Assembly: GCA_963811105.1 (NCBI GenBank)
Contig: CAWEPZ010000009.1
Location: 288,001-352,000 of the forward strand
From: Candidatus Bathyarchaeota archaeon
GTDB lineage: Archaea; Thermoproteota; Bathyarchaeia; Bathyarchaeales; Bathycorpusculaceae
Reading direction: 5' to 3'
Length of the DNA stretch: 64,000 bases
The notes under the pieces are model-generated. The model searched no databases. It was not told the DNA's origin and saw only the letters and a program-made list of their open reading frames with translations. The position numbers and the translations under genes were made by a program. Below, one piece after another: positions 59,114-64,000 of this stretch. Every line of letters begins with the position of its first letter. The first letter of the stretch is position 1.

Positions 59114-59551
59114 ATGGTGCTTGGTTTGGCCTTTGACCCATCATGCATATTCTGCAAAATAGTAGAAAAGCAAGAGCCGGCAAGCGTCCTTTACGAAGAC
59201 GATTTAGTAATGGCTTTTCTGGACATAAGACCGTTAAACTTGGGCCACGCGCTTGTGATACCTAAGAAGCATTATGTTGACATTTTTGATACGACAAAAA
59301 GCGAGCTCAGTCAAGTTTACATAGTTGCTAAACAGATTTCCTTCGCCGTAAAAAAAGCCACCAACGCCGATGGCATAAGCATTATCCAACAAAACGGTAA
59401 AGCCGCAGGCCAAGATATCTTTCATCTGCACGTGCATGTTGTTCCAAGGTTTGAAGGACAGAAACTACCGCGTTTTAGTGAACTTAAACAAGTTGAAAGA
59501 TCTGAGCTTGATATTATGGCGGAGAAAATAAGGCAAGAGCTCAAAACATAA
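59114..59551 (+). CDS. HIT family hydrolase
   Basis: CIFC, GH.LVIPK.H and AGQ..FHLHVHVVPR motifs. Confidence 0.95.
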   Translation: MVLGLAFDPSCIFCKIVEKQEPASVLYEDDLVMAFLDIRPLNLGHALVIPKKHYVDIFDTTKSELSQVYIVAKQISFAVKKATNADGISIIQQNGKAAGQDIFHLHVHVVPRFEGQKLPRFSELKQVERSELDIMAEKIRQELKT

Positions 59552-59791
59552 ATTCTGTTTTTTGTGTGTAATTTTTGACTCTATGAAATTGGAGGCTGGA
59601 AATATGTCTTAGAATATTGGTATTGATTTTTTGGCAGATTTTTGAATGCTGTGATTTGGGCTGCTTTTTTAATTTAGGGTTTGTTTTGTTTGTAGGTTGC
59701 GTCTAGAATTATCGCAGATTATCGCGTTTCATCGCAAATCATCTCGAAAACTAAAGAAATGTTAATTGAAAAGACCAAGTTCAAAACCCAT

Positions 59792-62332
59792 CTAATAGTT
59801 TCGTTTTTTCGTAACATAAATTTGTTCTAGAAGGTAAGCGTATCGTTTGAGGAACCATTTCTTGACAACCTCAACCAAAAGCAAATAGCCAACTATTAGC
59901 CCCGCCAGAACCAAATAGAACGTTGCAGGGGGAGGAGAGAAATTGAATATAGCGCCAAGTGGCGTATAAGGCAGTGTGAAAGCAACCGCAACTACGGCCA
60001 GGCAACTTATAACCAAAAATTTACCTGGCTTGCTCTTGTAAAAAGGCGTTTTTCTGGTTCGAAGAACAAAAACTACAAGCGTTTGAGTCGTCAGTGACTC
60101 GACAAACCAAGCGGTTTGAAAAATGGGAACCGTAGCTCGGAATACCACCAACAACAAGAAGAAGGTTAGAAAATCAAATATGGAGCTAACCGGTCCCATG
60201 GTCAACATGAATCTTCGTATGTAAGAAATATCCAGCCTTTTGGGCTTTTCAATGTACTCCTCGTCTACGTTGTCTGTCGGTATGGTTGCTTCAGAGAGGT
60301 CGTACAAGAGGTTATTTAGGAGTATTTGGATTGCCGTCATGGGCAGAAAGCTCAGGAAAAGGGATGCTCCGGCTACACTGAACATTGTGCCAAAGTTTGA
60401 GCTGACACCCATCATAATGTACTTCATTGTGTTACCGAAGGTCTTTCTTCCTTCTAAAACCCCTTCATTAAGCACTTTCAAGTCAGGTTGTAGTAGTATC
60501 AGGTCAGCGGATTCTTTCGCAACATCAACAGCATTCTCAACCGATATGCCTACATCGGCGGTTTTTATAGATGGAGCGTCATTGATTCCGTCACCCATGT
60601 ACCCTACAACATGACCATTGGCTCTCAGAGCACTGATTACTCGGTCTTTTTGAGCTGGGTTCATGCGGGTAAAAACATTGTTATCCTCCACAACTCGAGC
60701 CAAAGCATCATCCTGCAGTTGGGCGATTTCGTTTCCTGTGATGACTCCTTCTATATTGAAGCAAAGCTGCTGGCAGACTGTTTTAGTAACCAACTCGTTG
60801 TCGCCCGTGATGATCTTAAGTTCAACTCCGCCTCTAGCCAACAAACCAATAGATTCCTTCGCACTCTCTTTAGGCGGGTCAGAAAAAGACAAAAAACCCA
60901 GAAAAACCATGCCTGTTTCGTCGCTAATTGAGTAATGCGTTTTATCATCTTTGACTTTTTTGTATGCGACTGCTAAAACTCTGTATCCCCGAGCGCTTAG
61001 GTCGTTGTATCTCTGCTCAAACGTGGCTTGGCAAACACTTCCAAAATCTGTTAGGATTTCGTCAGTTTCGCAGAAAGCTAAGATTTTCAAGATTTCCTCC
61101 GGAGCACCCTTGGAGACTATCAATCTTTGCCCTTTGTACTCAACAACTACCGAAACGCGTCTTCGAATGAAGTCAAATGGAATTTCATCAATTTTGGTTA
61201 TTCCAGTAACGTCGAACTTCTTATACTGGAGTACGGCATCATCAAGAGGGCTTCTCAAACCTGTTTCATAAACGCAGTTGAAATAACCATACATCAGCAC
61301 TTTCTGATCTTCTTTTCCCTGTAAATTCTCATATTCGTTAAGCGTAAGCTTGTTCTCAGTAAGCGTACCAGTTTTATCAGTACACAAAACATCCATATTA
61401 CCAAAGTTCTGGATGGCCGCCAGTCTTTTTACGATAACACCTTTTTTGTACATCGCCACAGCTCCTCTGGACAAGTTGATGGACATTATCATTGGCAGAA
61501 GCTCCGGTGTCAAGCCTACAGCAAGAGCCACTGCGAAAAGAAGCGACTGCAAAATGGTGCGACTGCCTGAATAGAAAAATGCGTTCACAAAAAAAACGAA
61601 AACAACAAGGAAAAGCGTAACTTCAGTCATTAATGCTCCAAAGCGCCGAAGCCCCTTCTCAAACTCGGTTTCAGGCTCCTTAGACGCAAGCTCTTTCGCG
61701 ATTTTCCCGTATTCCGTTAATTTCCCAGTCTTTACGACAACTGCCTTTCCAGTACCACTAACCACTGAAGTACCCAAAAAAACGTAGTTGCCCCAACTCG
61801 TCATATCAGACGTCACTGATGAAAGTGGGGCGGCATTCTTTTCAACTGGAAACGCCTCTCCTGTTAACGCCGATTGATTAAGGTTCAAATCCTTTGCATT
61901 GATTAATCTGGAATCGGCGGGGACAAGGTCTCCAGCTATCAAATACACAATATCGCCTGGCACAATTTCGGAAAACTTTACATCTTGTTTAACACCGTCT
62001 CTGAGAACCGCTGCTTTTGTGGTCACTCTTTCTTTAAGCGCTTCGGCGGCATTCTGAGCCTTCGATTCTTGATAAACGTCAAGACTGATACTTAGAAGAA
62101 CAATGAAGAAAATTATGACTGCATCAGTTGTGTCACCCACAATTCCAGAGACTAGACCTGCAATTAGCAGGATAAGAACAAGCGGATTTCTCAAGTGATA
62201 AAGAATTTCAATAAACCCAGTTCGTTTCTGTTTCTCGGCCAGCTCGTTTGGGCCATAAGTTGAATAACGATTTTGAGCCTCTTGAGCGGATAAACCAGAT
62301 TGGGATGTCTTAAGTCTTAGCCAAAACATCAC
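59792..62332 (-). CDS. mgtA: Mg2+-transporting P-type ATPase; native start probably 62369 with a frameshift near 62317
   Basis: LTGE, AVGLTPELLP, DKTGT, PFDF.RRR, KGA.EE, GDGIND and SSNFG motifs. Confidence 0.92.
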   Translation of the reverse strand: MMFWLRLKTSQSGLSAQEAQNRYSTYGPNELAEKQKRTGFIEILYHLRNPLVLILLIAGLVSGIVGDTTDAVIIFFIVLLSISLDVYQESKAQNAAEALKERVTTKAAVLRDGVKQDVKFSEIVPGDIVYLIAGDLVPADSRLINAKDLNLNQSALTGEAFPVEKNAAPLSSVTSDMTSWGNYVFLGTSVVSGTGKAVVVKTGKLTEYGKIAKELASKEPETEFEKGLRRFGALMTEVTLFLVVFVFFVNAFFYSGSRTILQSLLFAVALAVGLTPELLPMIMSINLSRGAVAMYKKGVIVKRLAAIQNFGNMDVLCTDKTGTLTENKLTLNEYENLQGKEDQKVLMYGYFNCVYETGLRSPLDDAVLQYKKFDVTGITKIDEIPFDFIRRRVSVVVEYKGQRLIVSKGAPEEILKILAFCETDEILTDFGSVCQATFEQRYNDLSARGYRVLAVAYKKVKDDKTHYSISDETGMVFLGFLSFSDPPKESAKESIGLLARGGVELKIITGDNELVTKTVCQQLCFNIEGVITGNEIAQLQDDALARVVEDNNVFTRMNPAQKDRVISALRANGHVVGYMGDGINDAPSIKTADVGISVENAVDVAKESADLILLQPDLKVLNEGVLEGRKTFGNTMKYIMMGVSSNFGTMFSVAGASLFLSFLPMTAIQILLNNLLYDLSEATIPTDNVDEEYIEKPKRLDISYIRRFMLTMGPVSSIFDFLTFFLLLVVFRATVPIFQTAWFVESLTTQTLVVFVLRTRKTPFYKSKPGKFLVISCLAVVAVAFTLPYTPLGAIFNFSPPPATFYLVLAGLIVGYLLLVEVVKKWFLKRYAYLLEQIYVTKKRNY

Positions 62333-63306
62333 CAGCAGGAAGAGACAAAATCTCTTGGTTATCCGCCATAATCAACCACTAAATAGTTGTCAAAGCATAA
62401 TTTTTCGAGTAACTATTAAACATTGAGCGCAGCCACGGTTGGCTGCTTGCAATCGAATTTTAAGTTTAGGTCCTTATATTTTCTTTCAACCTTTTTCTTT
62501 TTGACGCCATAAATGAGAGAGTTAGAATCTTTTTTATGGCTAAGCTTTGCTATTGATCTCTTACTACATGCGAGAGGTTGTCTTTTCTTTGTTTGCTTTT
62601 CGTTGTTTTGATTAAGCTACTGATTTTAGTGGCGTTTATTGATTTACTTGTTTTCCATTGTTGTTTTTGGGTAAAATGGCTTTCTAACGCTTGCTTTCAG
62701 ATTGTAATGTGTATTTGGTCTCTTAGTTGGTGTTGAAGCATTGAAAACTATTAGTATAGAGAGAATTTTAGAAAAGTTTTCTAAGCAAGTAACTGGGTTG
62801 CTCTGGATTTTTGTTTTGTCTCGTTGCATAAACTTAATTAGCGAATTTTTGGAGTACAAAGTCGAAGTTAGAGAGAGACCACGAAGTTGATGCTTTGAGG
62901 TACGCGTTTAAACTTCAAAAAAAATATTTGCTCCGTTGGGAGCTTTCAGATTTGGGTACCATAAACGAATGTTTAGTCATTTTTCTTCAAGGTTTAATTG
63001 TTTTTTAAACTTGAGAGGACATAAACTAACGCCAAAGAATACTTTGGTAAAATTAAGTTTATCAAGCTTTTCTTCTAAATTCAGGTTTATGCTTATTTTA
63101 TAAGAATAACACCTGGTAAAAGTTTCCTGACCCAAGCTTACTTTCTTAAAATCTGCATAACATAGTGAGAGCCAAGGGTTCCATAAAAGGTTCAGCAACA
63201 TTTTGCAAGAAAGCAAATGGAAGCAATCTGTTCTTTTTCAGAACAACAGTGTTCTGTAGGGAGAATTATTAGGATGTTTAGCTGATATGGAAACGGCGAT
63301 AAGAAG

Positions 63307-64000
63307 ATGATATTTGCAACGAACAAAACATTACTCATTGGTTGCGTTTTAGCCTTGATAATTGGTGCATCAACAGTTTTGCCAATTCTATTATTTGCAG
63401 CTTCTGAAAATAATAAGCATTATCCAACAGATGTTATTCCTAATCCTCAATCAGCTTATTCTCAAATAGGTGCACAAATGTCACAAGCCTCGGTTTGGCT
63501 GGGCACTATGACAGAATGGTCAGAAGCAGCCAACGCGGTAGTTGAAGTCCAAGCAATTAGAGGCAGTTTTAACCTCAACTGTACAAAGTACCTAAATAAC
63601 AATGAGTCAATACCTGATGCAGAAGTCGATTACTTTTTAATCGAGCTATCCACAGAAAGTGGGACTGTTTTAAAATCAGTTATGCAAGGCGTAGAAGTAA
63701 CTTATCAACCTCATTTTAACTGGGGTTTTAATAATCATACAGGCAATTATGGCTCTGATTGGAATGGATTGTTTGGCACTCAGATAAGTGGTATGAGTGT
63801 CGGTGGTGTTGGTCCTTGGATACCAGGTACCTCTCAAGACATCATGCCACAGTATTTTGGCGTATCATTGGAGGCAAATTCACCAAACATTCAAGTCCTA
63901 AAAAACAGTCAAACGCTAATTATGACTGTAAGCAGGTTCGGGACCGTCATAATTAGGGGCGACTCCACCGATGTATCAACAGTAGATCAAGGGCTAATTG
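63307..64000 (+). CDS. Secreted/membrane-anchored hypothetical protein (runs off window end)
   Basis: Open from ATG 63307 to the end: MIFATNKTLLIGCVLALIIGASTVLP... with a hydrophobic N-terminus. Confidence 0.8.
   Translation, partial: MIFATNKTLLIGCVLALIIGASTVLPILLFAASENNKHYPTDVIPNPQSAYSQIGAQMSQASVWLGTMTEWSEAANAVVEVQAIRGSFNLNCTKYLNNNESIPDAEVDYFLIELSTESGTVLKSVMQGVEVTYQPHFNWGFNNHTGNYGSDWNGLFGTQISGMSVGGVGPWIPGTSQDIMPQYFGVSLEANSPNIQVLKNSQTLIMTVSRFGTVIIRGDSTDVSTVDQGLI

Noticed and set aside
177-63956. Numerous 60-135 aa ORFs antisense to or overlapping confident genes
   Set aside because: Shadow ORFs without motifs or independent expression signals.
1-64000. Genome-wide TAG recoding
   Set aside because: Conserved genes such as glyS, malic enzyme, DUF47 and endA end at TAG at their expected lengths.

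Overview
Archaeal chromosome segment, most likely Bathyarchaeia. This is inferred from the crenarchaeal-type SSB, ESCRT-III/CdvB-like protein, DGGGP synthase, doubly intron-split tRNA-Tyr and expanded PQQ-like beta-propeller surface proteins. The first ~22 kb is mostly housekeeping: pfkA, tRNA-Tyr, ssb, malic enzyme, rimI, glyS, endA, an NDP-sugar synthase, DGGGP synthase and a Snf7-family gene. The highlight is a compact ~7.7-kb integrated element (22117-29839) bounded by a perfect 17-bp direct repeat that lies in a host promoter/operator rather than in a tRNA. It encodes an intact tyrosine integrase, an MCM-like ATPase, a CopG-like RHH protein, several small Zn-binding proteins and a secreted beta-sandwich protein. 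It also carries four related long palindromes and a multi-hairpin non-coding segment. Downstream are a membrane-anchored wHTH regulator with a beta-propeller gene, a 1469-aa Cas4/Dna2-like nuclease-SF1 helicase, three intact paralogous surface proteins plus fragments, an IS, two ABC exporters and mgtA. Many intergenic stretches contain decayed genes. All calls were made by eye from motifs; no database searches or folding programs were run.
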